NCBI GenBank assembly: GCA_052168235.1
Contig: JBQLZK010000019.1
Span: forward strand, 1-64,000
Direction: 5' to 3'
Source: Thainema sp.
GTDB lineage: Bacteria > Cyanobacteriota > Cyanobacteriia > Phormidesmidales > Phormidesmidaceae
DNA length: 64,000 nucleotides
The position numbers were made by a program, and so were the translations under genes. Numbering within the stretch: the stretch's first letter is position 1; the number at the start of each line of letters is the position of its first letter. Of the stretch, positions 48,961 to 61,500 are shown piece after piece. The notes under the pieces were generated by a model that saw nothing but the letters and a program-made list of their open reading frames with translations, did not search any database and was not told where the DNA came from.

Positions 48961-49740
48961 GTGCTGAAGAGATTGGGTTTAATCGCAGCGGTCGTATTTG
49001 CCGTTGTGATTGCAACCGTAGCTAGAGCAGATATTGCCAGTCAGTCCGTCGTCTATCAAATCAACGGACAGCCTTACGAAGGTTACTTCGTCCGCAATAC
49101 CGGATTTGGTGATTCGCAGCCCGTTGTTATGCTGATTCACGACTGGAATGGCATTGATGATTACGAAAAGCGGCGGGCACAAATGTTAGCTGAGCAGGGC
49201 TATGCAGCTTTCGCTGTGGATCTCTATGGTCAGGGCAATCGCCCCTCAACCACAGAAGAGTCGCAAGCAGCTAGCCAAGCGCTTTACGAGGATCGCGAAG
49301 CCATGCGATCGCGCTTATTTGCCGGACTGGAACAGGCTCAAATGATGCCCGGTGTTGATCCAGAGCGAGTCGTGGCAATTGGCTACTGCTTTGGCGGTGC
49401 GGCAGCACTAGAATTTGCCCGCGCTGGGGCTGACTTGGATGGCTTTGTCTCCTTCCACGGTGGCCTAGCTACACCAGAAGGCCAAGACTACAGTCAAGCG
49501 ACTGGGCCAATTTTGATTCTGCACGGTGCCGATGATCCAGTTGCTCCCATGTCCGACGTGGCGGCACTCGCCACTCAGCTCAATGAAGCGAGTGTGGACT
49601 ACAGCATGGAGCTTTATGGTGGCGTGAAGCACTCGTTTACTGTATGGGGCGCGAACCGTGAAACGTCTCAGTATGACGCTCAAGCCGATATTAAATCCTG
49701 GGATGCGCTGATGAAGTTTTTGGATGAGCAAGTGAGCTAG
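48961..49740 (+). CDS. Dienelactone hydrolase family protein (exported)
   Basis: Signal peptide, HDWNG, GYCFGG, HGADD, HSFT. Confidence 0.9.
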   Translation: MLKRLGLIAAVVFAVVIATVARADIASQSVVYQINGQPYEGYFVRNTGFGDSQPVVMLIHDWNGIDDYEKRRAQMLAEQGYAAFAVDLYGQGNRPSTTEESQAASQALYEDREAMRSRLFAGLEQAQMMPGVDPERVVAIGYCFGGAAALEFARAGADLDGFVSFHGGLATPEGQDYSQATGPILILHGADDPVAPMSDVAALATQLNEASVDYSMELYGGVKHSFTVWGANRETSQYDAQADIKSWDALMKFLDEQVS

Positions 49741-49764
49741 TCGTTCACAGAACACAGATAGATT

Positions 49765-49800
49765 AAGAGGGACGCGCTGGGTGCGTCCCTCTTGCTTTTT
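49765..49800 (+). terminator. Rho-independent terminator
   Basis: AAGAGGGACGC...GCGTCCCTCTT followed by a T-tract. Confidence 0.7.
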
Positions 49801-49865
49801 GTCTGTTTAAGTTAAGCGCGAGTCTTGCTAGCATTAACGCAACGTTGCCAGAAACGTGCGATCGC

Positions 49866-50101
49866 ATGTTTCACAGTACCTGTTTGCTCGACGGTTGCAG
49901 CCGACAGAGTGTGTCATCGCCGTTGGAGGGCAATGGCTCTGAGGAACAGCCGCTTCATCCGGAGAGCAAATAGCTCATCGCCTGCATCGATGGCATACTG
50001 ACAATCGCACAGTTGATGAGCCAGACACACTTGCCACTCGTTGGCCGGATGAGTCGTCTGGGCACTGAACAGTCGGAAACTCACACCTGAGGCCAATGAC
50101 C
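49866..50101 (-). pseudogene. IS66-family transposase relic
   Basis: GHWPQV*VSD/LFSAQ...WQVCLAHQLCDCQYAIDAGD...MKRLFLRA, with stops and a frameshift. Confidence 0.7.
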
Positions 50102-50124
50102 GCTTTTTAAGAAATGCAATTCTG

Positions 50125-52788
50125 CTACCAGCTTGCGGAATAGAGCAAGCGAATGGTGCGACCGCGACCCCCAATGTAGTTGCGATCGTCAAAGCCAGAG
50201 AGAAACTGCGAGATCACTGGGAAGTACTGGTTATCAAAGAGATTTTCCACGCCGACTTGTAAGGTGCCAGGGCCGATATCAACGCTGCTAATGAAATCAA
50301 CGACAACGTAGTCTTCAATGGTCACGGGATCGACTCCGGCATCAAATGCGCGATCGCGCCCGCCGACAAACAGCGCTTGCAATCGGTTCCGCCATCCGGG
50401 TAGGGTTTCATTTTCCACATAGGCCGTTAGCTTCAAAGGCTGAATTTCGCCGCTGTTGAGCGCGATGTAGTCACCATCTTCATCGACATCGTTTTCGCCT
50501 TCAATCCAGCTCAAAATACCGCCAACGCCCCAGCGGTCAGTTGGTTGCCAGTCTAAGGTGGCTTCCAGACCGTAAACTCGCTGCGGAGCACGGACTAGAC
50601 CCAGCAGCCCGTTCTCATTGGGAACCAAGCTAGCCCCGAGGGATGAGGTATTGAAAAAGCCGCTCAGGCTCGCCTGCACGGTGGGCCAATCACCCCGGAC
50701 ACCGAGTTCGTATTCGGTCACTTTAATCGGTTCCGTCACCTCTAGATCATCCTCGACGCTAACGAATCCCGGTGGTGGTAGGCGGAAGATACGGCTAAAT
50801 TCCGGCACGCTAAAGCTTTGGGCAACGCCACCGAAGAATGAGATGTTATCGGTAGGACTGTAGACAGCACCAACGTCGAACACCAGGTCATCAAAGGAGC
50901 GATTGCCACCTTCAACGGGCTGTTGTCGAGTCACCGAGACATAGTCATCAATACTCAAGCTAATATTTTCATAGCGTAGTCCGCCCCGCAGCAGCCATTC
51001 TGAGCTAGCTTCCCACTCTAAGCGGGCAAACAGTCCGAGACTGTCGAGCGTGTAGGGTGGCGTAAAGTTAAACTCCTGCACTTCAGCCAGTCGCCGCTCG
51101 GCATCAAAAATATCGCCATCGAACTGGGCGGTAATTTGCTGATTCTCCTGATTCTCGTAATCTGCTCCCCACAATAGGTTGAGCGTTTCTGATGACGTCA
51201 GGGGGGTTTCAATCTGTAATCGACCTCCCCAGCGCTCAGCATCTAAGCGGGACTGGAACAAAAACGGGAAAAATTCACCCCCCAATCGACCGTCGGCGAA
51301 TTCACCACGGGCAACAGCATCTTGGTAATAGATCTGTCCCTGTAAGCGGCTCCCGAACAGGTCTTCATTGGTGTAGCTGAGATTGAGCACCAAGTTGCGA
51401 TCGCTGGGATTATCTTCGCGCTCTAGTCCTTCGATTTCCAATGCACGGGCAATTTGGCGGCCCGGAATGAGCAGCGTTCTGGGGTCGGCAACAAAGTCTG
51501 TTTCGCGCTCCGAGTCAAAGTAGTTGACGGTAAAGTCAAGTCGCTGTGAGTCGGTCAGGTCATAACCCAGCTTGCCCAAGATGTTGTAAGAGGTGGTGTC
51601 GCTCAAACTCGCTTCGGAAACAATTCGGTTTCCTGCCGCATCGAAAAAGCTACCTGTGTATTCGCGAGAGGCGCTTAGCCGATAATCAAACTGATTGGCT
51701 CGACCGGAAATGGCAGCGGACAGGACGTTGCCAAAGCCGTCGTCTTCCAGTTCACCCACGGAGCCACTGACGCCCACTTGTGTTTCTAGCGTCACGGGCT
51801 GGTTTTCTGGGCGGCGGGTGATGATGTTAATTACCCCACCCGTACTTTGTCCGCCGAAAATGGCGCTTGGCCCTCGCACCACCTCAATCCGCTCAATCGC
51901 CGATGGGTCAATACTGCGTAGCTCCTGGCGATTCACGCGGAAGTTCGTTACCAGCGGTACACCGTCAATCAGGACAGCAGGCTCGCGTCCACGCAGCGTC
52001 TGTCCGCGCGTGGTACGAAGCTGGTTGGGCGGGCCAAAGCCCGGCACCAAGGTGCCCAGAATGTCGGCCAGATCACGCGAGAGCACCGACTGCTGCTCCA
52101 GTTCTTCACGGGTAATCACCGTCACGGAACGGCCCAGATCCTCTTCTTCTTCCTCCGTGCGGGTGGCGGTGACAACGATACGGATGGGCGCGGCTTCGGT
52201 GGTTTCAGGGGATTCAGGAGCTACAGGTATTTCAGCGGGATCAGGGGTTGGGTCGATGGTTGATGGTGGGTCGGTGGTGTCGGGTTGCGTGGGATCGGCT
52301 GGAGATTCGGGAGTAAATTCAATGTCTGGGGGAGGTGTAGTGGAGGGATCAGGCGCGGGTTCAGATGGTTCTTGGGCGATTGGTTCTGGGGCGCTGACTT
52401 GCAGTACCAGTGCTTGCGATCGCGAAATAACACTGGCTGTGGGCACGGCTGCCTGTCCAGTAATAGTAATCCGGATGCTGTTGGCATCTAAGGATGTGAC
52501 CTGCAGTGTTTCAACGCCAGCGACGGGATTCTGCTGCTGGAATGACGGCCCATCAGGAAGCTGAAGCTGAGCATTGATGACATCGACAATCAGGGTTTCA
52601 CCGTACTGGCTGGTGAACGCCTGAAGCGATTGCTCAGAAGGCGTTTCCAATACAAGATCAAATCCTTCAGCAGTTGGATTGAGCTGAATATCGGTCACTG
52701 CAATCGGATTCGCTTGAGCCGATTGGGCACTGATTAGGGCAACGGCCCCGGCTGTCCACACCGAGTAAGCCCAGAAAGACTGTTTCAC
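50125..52788 (-). CDS. TonB-dependent siderophore receptor with AMIN domain
   Basis: Signal peptide, AMIN domain, Pro-rich linker, IVVTATRT, LIDGVP, IERIEVVRG, GGVINIIT, ENLFD, terminal W. Confidence 0.92.
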   Translation of the reverse strand: MKQSFWAYSVWTAGAVALISAQSAQANPIAVTDIQLNPTAEGFDLVLETPSEQSLQAFTSQYGETLIVDVINAQLQLPDGPSFQQQNPVAGVETLQVTSLDANSIRITITGQAAVPTASVISRSQALVLQVSAPEPIAQEPSEPAPDPSTTPPPDIEFTPESPADPTQPDTTDPPSTIDPTPDPAEIPVAPESPETTEAAPIRIVVTATRTEEEEEDLGRSVTVITREELEQQSVLSRDLADILGTLVPGFGPPNQLRTTRGQTLRGREPAVLIDGVPLVTNFRVNRQELRSIDPSAIERIEVVRGPSAIFGGQSTGGVINIITRRPENQPVTLETQVGVSGSVGELEDDGFGNVLSAAISGRANQFDYRLSASREYTGSFFDAAGNRIVSEASLSDTTSYNILGKLGYDLTDSQRLDFTVNYFDSERETDFVADPRTLLIPGRQIARALEIEGLEREDNPSDRNLVLNLSYTNEDLFGSRLQGQIYYQDAVARGEFADGRLGGEFFPFLFQSRLDAERWGGRLQIETPLTSSETLNLLWGADYENQENQQITAQFDGDIFDAERRLAEVQEFNFTPPYTLDSLGLFARLEWEASSEWLLRGGLRYENISLSIDDYVSVTRQQPVEGGNRSFDDLVFDVGAVYSPTDNISFFGGVAQSFSVPEFSRIFRLPPPGFVSVEDDLEVTEPIKVTEYELGVRGDWPTVQASLSGFFNTSSLGASLVPNENGLLGLVRAPQRVYGLEATLDWQPTDRWGVGGILSWIEGENDVDEDGDYIALNSGEIQPLKLTAYVENETLPGWRNRLQALFVGGRDRAFDAGVDPVTIEDYVVVDFISSVDIGPGTLQVGVENLFDNQYFPVISQFLSGFDDRNYIGGRGRTIRLLYSASW

Positions 52789-52990
52789 GTCAATTCCTCA
52801 CACATAGAACAAGAGTTATCGCAGTGCGTCAGACGGCTGACAGCATTGAGTACGTTTGATTGCATCAGCTATCTGACTCGCCATTGCCGCCAAGTCTGTA
52901 GCAATGACGGTTGGGCAGGCCAATGCAGCTAGACCACGCATAAATGACCTAGCCACGAAGATTGGTAATTTGGTAACGAAGATCAAATTT

Positions 52991-53010
52991 AATGAGAATA
53001 CTTCTTAATT
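52991..53010. promoter_or_regulatory. Fur-like box upstream of the TonB receptor
   Basis: TGAGAAT-A-CTTCTTA 7-1-7 arrangement. Confidence 0.55.
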
Positions 53011-53378
53011 ATTTGATGGGGCATTGGCCGTCTTGTCAAGTCCCCTGTCAGAAATCCCTGTCGTCTTTCAAATCGTTGATCCAAGCTGCCTAGGCGATGC
53101 ATTAGCAGCACTCGTGAGTTAATCGATTTTGGCTGAGATCTTGGCTGGGATTTTGGCTGAGCTATTTGATTTTGCTGAGCTATTTACTCGAAATCCCTTC
53201 TGCATCAGCACTGAAGCCAATTTATCGTACAGTTTGATAAACGCTCCTGACAGATTAGCGGTTTGCTCAACCTCTTGCATAACCCAAGTGTCTCAAGCGC
53301 GTCCTGATTAAACTTTCAACGGACGATATTAGCGATAAGATTCAACCTTGCCAAACAGGAAAAGATTGCGTATTCTTG

Positions 53379-53395
53379 TTGAGAATTCTTATCAA
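53379..53395. promoter_or_regulatory. Fur-like box upstream of FAAL
   Basis: TGAGAAT-T-CTTATCA 7-1-7 arrangement, just before the ATG. Confidence 0.6.
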
Positions 53396-53399
53396 GCAA

Positions 53400-55187
53400 A
53401 TGGCCTCTACCTTCAGTTCTTTGACTGCCCATCGTGCTGACATGACATGGGTAGATATCTTGCGCGATCGCAACGACCAGCAATCGGATCAAGTTGCCTT
53501 TCAGTTTTGGGAAACAGGTGAGTCGCTCACTGCAAGTTTGACCTATGGGGCACTCGATCAGCGTAGTCGGGCGGTCGCAGCTCAGCTCCAGGCCCGTCAG
53601 CTCCAGCATGAGCGGGTGCTGATTCTTTGTCAACCAGGGCTGGACTACATTGTGGCGTTCTGTGCCTGCCTCTATGCAGGTGCGATCGCAGTGCCCATTT
53701 ATCCGCCTCGACCGAATCAGCTACTGGAGCGACTGCAAGCAATTGCGGCAGACGCTCAGCCGGCTATGTTACTGACCACACAGGCATTTAACACTCAGAT
53801 CAAGCAGCTTGATTCAGATTCAGAGTTGAATTCGTTTATTCGGACTCTGCCGTGCTTGGTGGTCGATCAAATTGATGGGCAGGATGCAGGGGACTGGCAA
53901 GCACCTGAGATCCAGGCCGATACGATTGCGCTGTTGCAGTATACCTCTGGCTCCACCGCGTCACCCAAGGGTGTGCAGGTGAGCCACGGGAATTTGCTGC
54001 ATAATGCGGCTGCGATTCGCCAGCGGTTCGAGCTGACGCCTGCAAGTTCTGCTGTGATTTGGCTGCCGCCGTATCACGATATGGGTCTGATTGGTGGCAT
54101 CCTACAGCCCATCTATGCCGGGTTTCCCGTGACGTTGATGCCGCCGGTGGCGTTTTTGCAGCGGCCTTTGCGATGGCTACAGGCAATTGCTCAAACCCGA
54201 GCGACGGTTAGCGGTGCGCCGAATTTTGCCTATGATCTCTGTGTGCAGCGCAGCACGCCGGAACAGCGAGCTAGTCTCGACTTAAGCCACTGGACTTTGG
54301 CCTTTACTGGTGCTGAACCAATTCGGGCTGATACCCTAGATCGATTCGCTACTGCCTTTGCTGACTGTGGTTTTCGGCGAAATGCGTTTTATCCCTGCTA
54401 CGGCATGGCTGAAGCGACGTTGATGGTCACAGGCGGGTTGCGATCTCACCTTCCCAAAACGATTTCCGTCTGCGGCGATCGGCTTGAACAGCACCATGTT
54501 CAGGTCACTGATCCCACTGCTCCAGACTGCCGCGTACTGGTGGGCTGTGGCTCTCCCATTGCCGATAGCCAAGTCGTTATCGTTAATCCAGACACGCGGA
54601 TACGCTGTCAACCCAATGAAATTGGCGAAATTTGGGTGGCCAGTCCCAGCGTGGCGCACGGATACTGGAATCGTCCCCAGCAAACCCTAGAAACCTTCCA
54701 TGTTTATCTGGCTGATACGAGCGAGGGACCATTTTTACGGACGGGTGATCTGGGCTGGATGGAGGACGGTGAGCTGGTTGTGACGGGACGGTTGAAGGAA
54801 GTCATGGTGATTCGCGGTCGCAATCACTATGCTAGCGATTTGGAGAAAACGGTGGTGGCGAGCCATCCAGCGCTAGGGGCAAGCTGGGGGGCCGCATTTA
54901 CGATTGAACAGGCTGGAGCAACTCATCTCGTCATTGTCCAAGAAGTGACGCGCACATGGATTCGGCAACTGCAGCCCCAGAAAGTGATTACAGCCATTCG
55001 GCAGCGCATTGCCCAGGTTCACGGTTTGCAGGTCGATACGGTGGTTTTGGTCAAGCCCAGCAGTCTGCCGAAAACGTCGAGCGGCAAGATTCAGCGGCAT
55101 CGCTGTCGATCCCAATTCTTAGCCAATCAATTACAAAGCATTGCCGAAGATCGCCGTGCTCTGGCTAATCATCAACAGTCCGATTAA
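53400..55187 (+). CDS. Fatty acyl-AMP ligase (FAAL)
   Basis: LQYTSGSTASPKG, WLPPYHDMGLIG, YGMAE, RTGDLG, GRNHY, PKTSSGK. Confidence 0.92.
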   Translation: MASTFSSLTAHRADMTWVDILRDRNDQQSDQVAFQFWETGESLTASLTYGALDQRSRAVAAQLQARQLQHERVLILCQPGLDYIVAFCACLYAGAIAVPIYPPRPNQLLERLQAIAADAQPAMLLTTQAFNTQIKQLDSDSELNSFIRTLPCLVVDQIDGQDAGDWQAPEIQADTIALLQYTSGSTASPKGVQVSHGNLLHNAAAIRQRFELTPASSAVIWLPPYHDMGLIGGILQPIYAGFPVTLMPPVAFLQRPLRWLQAIAQTRATVSGAPNFAYDLCVQRSTPEQRASLDLSHWTLAFTGAEPIRADTLDRFATAFADCGFRRNAFYPCYGMAEATLMVTGGLRSHLPKTISVCGDRLEQHHVQVTDPTAPDCRVLVGCGSPIADSQVVIVNPDTRIRCQPNEIGEIWVASPSVAHGYWNRPQQTLETFHVYLADTSEGPFLRTGDLGWMEDGELVVTGRLKEVMVIRGRNHYASDLEKTVVASHPALGASWGAAFTIEQAGATHLVIVQEVTRTWIRQLQPQKVITAIRQRIAQVHGLQVDTVVLVKPSSLPKTSSGKIQRHRCRSQFLANQLQSIAEDRRALANHQQSD

Positions 55188-55220
55188 ACCCGCTAACTTA
55201 TATGACTGGAATCTTGAATT

Positions 55221-55511
55221 ATGAATCAGCCCTTCGATGCGATCGCAGCTTACTCCGCTCATCAAAATCATATTCAGCCTTCAGCCGAAGCCATTGAGCT
55301 ATGGATGATTGAGCGCTTGGCCAATCTTTTCCAAACGGATATCAATAACATTGATCCGGAGGTGCCGTTTGATGACTACGGGCTGGATTCCGCTGCGGCA
55401 GTTGGTTTAACCGGAGAACTGGAGGAGTGGCTACAGCGCTCTGTCTCGCCAACTTTACTGTATGACTACCCCACGATTGCTGGATTAGCTGATTACTTGG
55501 CACATTCCTAG
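55221..55511 (+). CDS. Stand-alone acyl carrier protein
   Basis: YGLDSAAA phosphopantetheine site, YDYPTI. Confidence 0.9.
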   Translation: MNQPFDAIAAYSAHQNHIQPSAEAIELWMIERLANLFQTDINNIDPEVPFDDYGLDSAAAVGLTGELEEWLQRSVSPTLLYDYPTIAGLADYLAHS

Positions 55512-55576
55512 CATCAGGCTTTCGCCGATATGACTCATCAATCCCATTAACCGCAACCACATTAGAGGAATTGGGC

Positions 55577-58500
55577 ATGAACTCCGTTGCCATTGTGGGA
55601 TTATCCTGCCGCTTTCCAGGTGCAGACAGTCCCGATGCGTTTTGGCACTTGCTCCAGCAGGGGCAAGATGCCGTTACGCGCATACCCCACGATCGCCAAA
55701 ATCCTGATTTAGCAGGTGATTCAGGCGCTAGTTTAAATCCTGCTTTTAGCGATCAAACGAATAGCTTTAAGGCTGATTGGGGTGGTTTTTTGTCGGAAAT
55801 CGATCAGTTTGATGCCGATTTCTTTGGCATTTCGCCGCGTGAAGCCGAACAGATTGATCCCCAGCAGCGGTTGCTGTTGGAAGTTACCTGGGAAGGCCTA
55901 GAGCAAGCTGCGATCGCACCCAGCACGTTGGCAGGTAGCAACACCGGAGTATTCATTGGCATTAGCCACAGTGACTATCGCCACGCGCTTCAGCAGCAAG
56001 GAACTCCAAATCCCTATAGCGGAACGGGTACAGCCTTATGCATCGCCGCCAATCGAATTTCCTATCGGCTAAATTTACGAGGGCCAAGCTTAGCGGTAGA
56101 TACGGCCTGTTCGTCTTCGCTGATGGCTGTGCATTTAGCGTGCCAGAGCTTGAAGACAGGCGAGTGTGGTCTTGCGATCGCAGGTGGTGTCAATCTCAGG
56201 CTGTCGTCTACACTGACGCGGGTGTTTCAGCAGGCGGGCATGATGGCCGCCGATGGTCGCTGCAAAACCTTTGATGCCCAAGCAGATGGCTACGTCCGCT
56301 CCGAGGGATGCGGCGTAGTGGTACTCAAGCGACTGGCGGATGCGGAACGAGATTGCGATCGCATTTTTGCGGCGATTCGGGGTTCTGCCGTCAACCAGGA
56401 CGGGCTGAGTAATGGGCTAACTGCTCCGAATGGCCCAGCTCAGCAGGCGGTTATTCGACAGGCTCTAGTCCAGGCAGGTGTTGCCCCCCATGCCGTCAGC
56501 TATGTGGAAGCTCACGGGACTGGTACGGCTTTGGGCGATCCGATTGAGGTGAACGCCTTAAAATCAGTGCTGATGGAGGGGCGCTCGCCGCAGCAGCCCT
56601 GCGCGATTGGCTCGGTCAAAACCAACATTGGTCATCTCGAAGCCGCCGCAGGCATGGCCAGCCTGATTAAAGTTGTGCTAGCGCTCCAGCACCGCCAGAT
56701 TCCGCCCCATCTGCATCTACAGCAGCTTAATCCTCGCATTGACCTATCGGAAACGCCGTTCTTTATTCCGCAACAGCTACAGCCGTGGCAGCTACCCGCA
56801 GGTGAAAACGATTACATAGCAGGCATTAGCGCTTTTAGCTTTGGCGGAACCAATGCTCATATAATCATGTCTGCGGCTCCTGAACTACCCGTTCAGTTGC
56901 CCAAAACATTACCAGGACAGTCATCGACAGAAGTACAGGCAGGCTCTGCGTGGCACCTACTAATGCTGTCAGCCAAATCCAAACCCGCTTTGTCGGCTTT
57001 GGCTAGGCGCTACGCTCAGTTCTTGCAGGCGCAACCTGATGTGAGCCTAGACAACCTCTGTTTTACCGCTCACACGGGACGTTCAGCGTTTCCCCATCGC
57101 TGTGCAATTGTGGCAAACTCGGTGACGGATCTGCGATCGCAACTCTCTTTAGCAACTCAAGGCCAGGCAGGTGAGCAAATTCTACAGGCAAAAGCAGCGC
57201 GACGGCAACCTGCGATTACGTTTCTATGCACGGGACAGGGCGCTCAGTACGTGGGCATGGGTCGCCAGCTTTACCAAACGCAGCCCACGTTTCGCCGCAT
57301 TTTGCAGAACTGCGATCAGTTCTTACGTACAGAGTTTGATCAGCCGTTACTCAGCCTGCTGTATCCCGAAACAGAGACAGAGGCTAGCGCGGCGCAGCTC
57401 AACCAAACGGCCTATACACAGCCGGCTCTGTTTGCCCTAGAGTACGCTTTAGCCGAACTGTGGCGCGAGTGGGGCGTTGTGCCCCAGCAGGTGATTGGAC
57501 ACAGCCTCGGTGAGTATGTGGCCGCCTGCGTGGCGGGAGCTTTGAGCTGGGAGGATGGCCTACGGCTGGTCACTGTGCGATCGCATTTAATGCAAAGCCT
57601 ACCAGCTAACGGCACGATGGCAGTGGTCTTTGCAGCGGCTGAGACTATACAAACAGCAATCGATCAGGTTGGAAGTGCAGTTGCGATCGCAGTCGTCAAC
57701 AGCTCCCGCAATACAGTTATTGCTGGCGTTAAAGCAGCGGTTGATCAGGTACTACAGGTACTAGCTGAGCAGAGCATTCGTAGTCGCGCTCTACCCGTTT
57801 CCCATGCGTTTCACTCGCCGCTGATGGAGCCGATTTTGGCCAAATTCGAGGCAGTAGCCGCTTCGATCACCTATCAAACGCCTCACATTCCAATGATTTC
57901 CAATGTGACAGGGCAGCCGCTGACCTCTCCACCCGATGCCGCCTATTGGTGCCAGCATCTGCGACAGACCGTTCAGTTTGCGGCTGGTGTGGAATATTTG
58001 GCGACTCAAACTAGTCTCCAGAACAGTCAGCAGAACAGCCTATGGGTCGAAATTGGCCCCCACTCCACACTGCTGGGCATTGTGCAGCGGGACTATCCAG
58101 CCGCTGTGCAGCCCTGGCTACCGTCTTTGGAACGGGGAGAGAAAGACGAAGCGGTGATCTTGCGATCGCTAGGTCATCTCGCGACGCAGGGAATTCAAGT
58201 GGACTGGACTGCATTTCATCAGCACCGTTCGTGCCAGCGCATTGCCCTGCCAACCTATCCGTTTCAGCGTCAGCGTTACTGGTTTCAACCTATGCAGCCT
58301 GCTCAACCCATCATGCCATCTTCTAATCATTCTTCCGCCCATTCTTCTGTACCGCCCGTTGCACCAATTCAGGAAAAGCTCCAGACTTTGGTTGCTGGCT
58401 TACTCAAGGTTTCGACTGAGCAAGTGGATACTCAAGCCCCATTTCTGGAAATGGGAGCGGATTCGATTGTGTTGATTGAAGCCGTGCAGGCAATTGAAGC

Positions 58501-61500
58501 CAACTTTGGCATCAAGGTCACGATTCGTCAGTTTTTTGAAGACCTCAGGACGATTGAAGAACTAGCTGCATTTATCGCAGCATCTACTGCTCAGCGGGAA
58601 GTATCACCCAGCGTGAGTTCCGATACCGTACCGACTACTTCAGATCAGGCTCAACTGTCTAGCTCTAAAGTGCAAGCTAATTCTCGATCGCAGTCTGGAT
58701 CTACTGAAACTCTTAGCAATCCTCAATCTTCACAGCCCGTCAATCCGCCTCTGATCCAGTCTATACCCACCAATCGCGGGGCTACAGCGTTAGAGCGCGT
58801 TGTGACTCAACAGCTTCAAGTCATGGCGCAGCAGCTCGCGATTTTGCAACAGGCGGATTCAGCATTGGCTACAGCAGTTACAGCACCAGATACCCTGCCA
58901 AATGCTTTGTCAAATGAAGCATCTATTACAGCACCAGCGCCCAAATCAAGCTCTGTTTCACCTTCTATCCCACAGCCAACTACCGTAGCTCGTCCGTCAC
59001 CCAAATCGGTGTCTGCCGAAACAACTGCGGCGCTGACCGCTCAGCAACAGCAGCATCTCCAGTCACTGATTCAGCGCTACACTCAGCGCACGGCAGGATC
59101 AAAACGGCGAAAGGAGATGAGCCATCCTTACTTGGCGGATAGTCGTGCCTGTGCTGGATTTCGGCGCTCCACCAAAGAAATGCTGTATCCGATTGTCGGC
59201 ATCCGTGCTGCTGGATCGCGGTTATGGGATGTTGACGGCAATGAGTACATTGACATAACGATGGGGTTTGGGGTGCATTTGTTTGGTCATGCCGCTCCGT
59301 TTATTCAGTCTGCTTTGGAAGCCCAGTTACAGAAAGGCACTCAAATTGGCCCCCAAGCCGAACTAGCGGGCGAGGTGGCGCAGCTCATTCATGAGCTAAC
59401 TGGCATGGAACGCGTTACCTTTGCTCAGTCGGGCACAGAGGCCGTCATGACGGCGTTACGACTAGCCCGCACAGCAACGGGACGCACCAAGATTGCTCGC
59501 TTTGCCCAGTCCTACCACGGTCATTTTGATGGAGTCTTAGCGCGATCGCAATCGGTTGGGGATGGACAGCAAACGGTGCCGCTTGCGCCAGGTATTCCGT
59601 CCGGTATGGTCGAGGATGTGCTGGTGCTGGAATATGGCAATCTGCGATCGCTCCAGGTGCTGCAAGATCACGCTCATGAACTGGCTGCTGTCCTGGTGGA
59701 GCCAGTGCAGAGCCGTCGCCCTGATGTACAGCCCCGTCAGTTTCTGCACGATCTCCGGCAGCTCACGGTTGATCACGGTATCGCGCTAATTTTTGATGAG
59801 ATTATTACTGGATTTCGGATTCATCCCGGTGGTGCACAGGCTTGGTTTGGCGTTGAAGCCGACATAGCCACCTACGGCAAAGTCCTAGGAGGCGGTATGC
59901 CGATTGGCGTGATTGCTGGCAAGGCGCAGTACATGGACGGGATCGACGGTGGCCTGTGGCACTACGGTGACGATTCCTATCCTAGTGCTGAGCGGACGTT
60001 TTTTGCCGGAACGTTCTGTAAGCCTCCCCTGGCGCTGGCCGCCGCTAAAGCCGTCTTGCTGCATCTGAAGCAGGAGGGTGCCCAACTCCAGGAACAGCTC
60101 AACCAGCGGACGACCCAGCTCGTGCAGCGCTTGAATTCATTCTTTGACCAGGCTGAAGTACCCATTCGGATGGTGCAGTTTGGCTCCCTCTTCCGCTTTG
60201 CCTTTACCGGAAACTATGACTTGCTGTTTTATCACCTGATTGAAAAAGGCATCTACATCTGGGAAGGCCGCAATTGCTTTCTGTCAACGGCTCATACCGA
60301 GGCTGACGTCGAGCGAATTATTCAAGCTGTTCAAGCATCCGTCGCTGAGATGCAGGCCGGAGGTTTTCTGCCGGGAAAGTCTTTAACGGTAGTGGAAACG
60401 CTGCCCCTGACGCCCAGCCAGCAGGAGATTTGGCTGCTCGCTCATCTGCAAACCGCCGCCTCTCTCGCCTATAACGAATCCATTTGGTTAGATCTGCGCG
60501 GCAAGCTAGAGGTTTCGGTTTTACATCGGAGTTTGCAACAGGTTGTCAATCGTCATGAGGCGCTGAGAACCGCTTTCCTACCGTCCGGAGAGGCGCAGCA
60601 GATTCAGCCTCAGGTTACGGTGGATTTGCCGGTGATCGATTTTACGTCTGATTCATCGTCAGCTTCACCCTCAGAGCAGGCAACTCGTCTGCAAGCGTGG
60701 CTGCAAGCTGAACAGCAACAGCCCTTTGACCTGACACAGGCACCACTCCTGCGCGTGCAGTTACTGAAGCTGGCCGAGCAGCATTACGGCCTGGTGCTGA
60801 CCGTTCATCATATTGTGGTGGATGGCTGGTCAACGCAGGTTTTGCTGGAGGAGATGACGGCTTTTTACAACGCTGCTGTCCAGGAACGCACTGTCGAAGA
60901 AAGTGCGATCGCACTTCCTCCACCTGCCTCTTATCGCGCTTATATTCAGCGCCAGTGCCAAACTCCGGCTCAAGATAAAGCCTACTGGCGCGATCAGTTT
61001 GCTCAAGGACTGCCTCGCTGGCGTTTACCAACTGAGTCTACAGCCGATCAGCAGGCTGACTACCGAGGCGATCAGCTCCAGTATGAACTGCCCACTAACC
61101 TATATCAAACTATTCAAACCTGGAGCGGTCAGCAGGGCTGTACACCGTTCATGACCTTGCTGGCAGGGTTTAACTTGCTCTTGCATCGGTGTAGTAAAGT
61201 ATCGGATTTAATCGTTGGTATTTCTGTTGCTGGACAGGCACAGCAAGATAATCCAAACCTGGTTGGGCACTGCGTCAACGTCCTGCCGCTGCGGAGCCAG
61301 ATTCAGCCTGATCAATCACTGATCAATTATCTGCACAACTTGCGGACTCGTTTATTGGACAGCTACGACCACGTCAATTATTCGTTCAGCCAGCTTGTGC
61401 GATCGCTACAGATACCGCGCGATCCGCGCACACCTATCTTGCCTGTGCTGTTCAACCTTGATCCATCGCTGCCTGTACCGTCCCTGCATGATTTAGCAGT

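Noticed and set aside
51695..52564. 289-aa plus-strand ORF
   Set aside because: Antisense shadow of the TonB receptor
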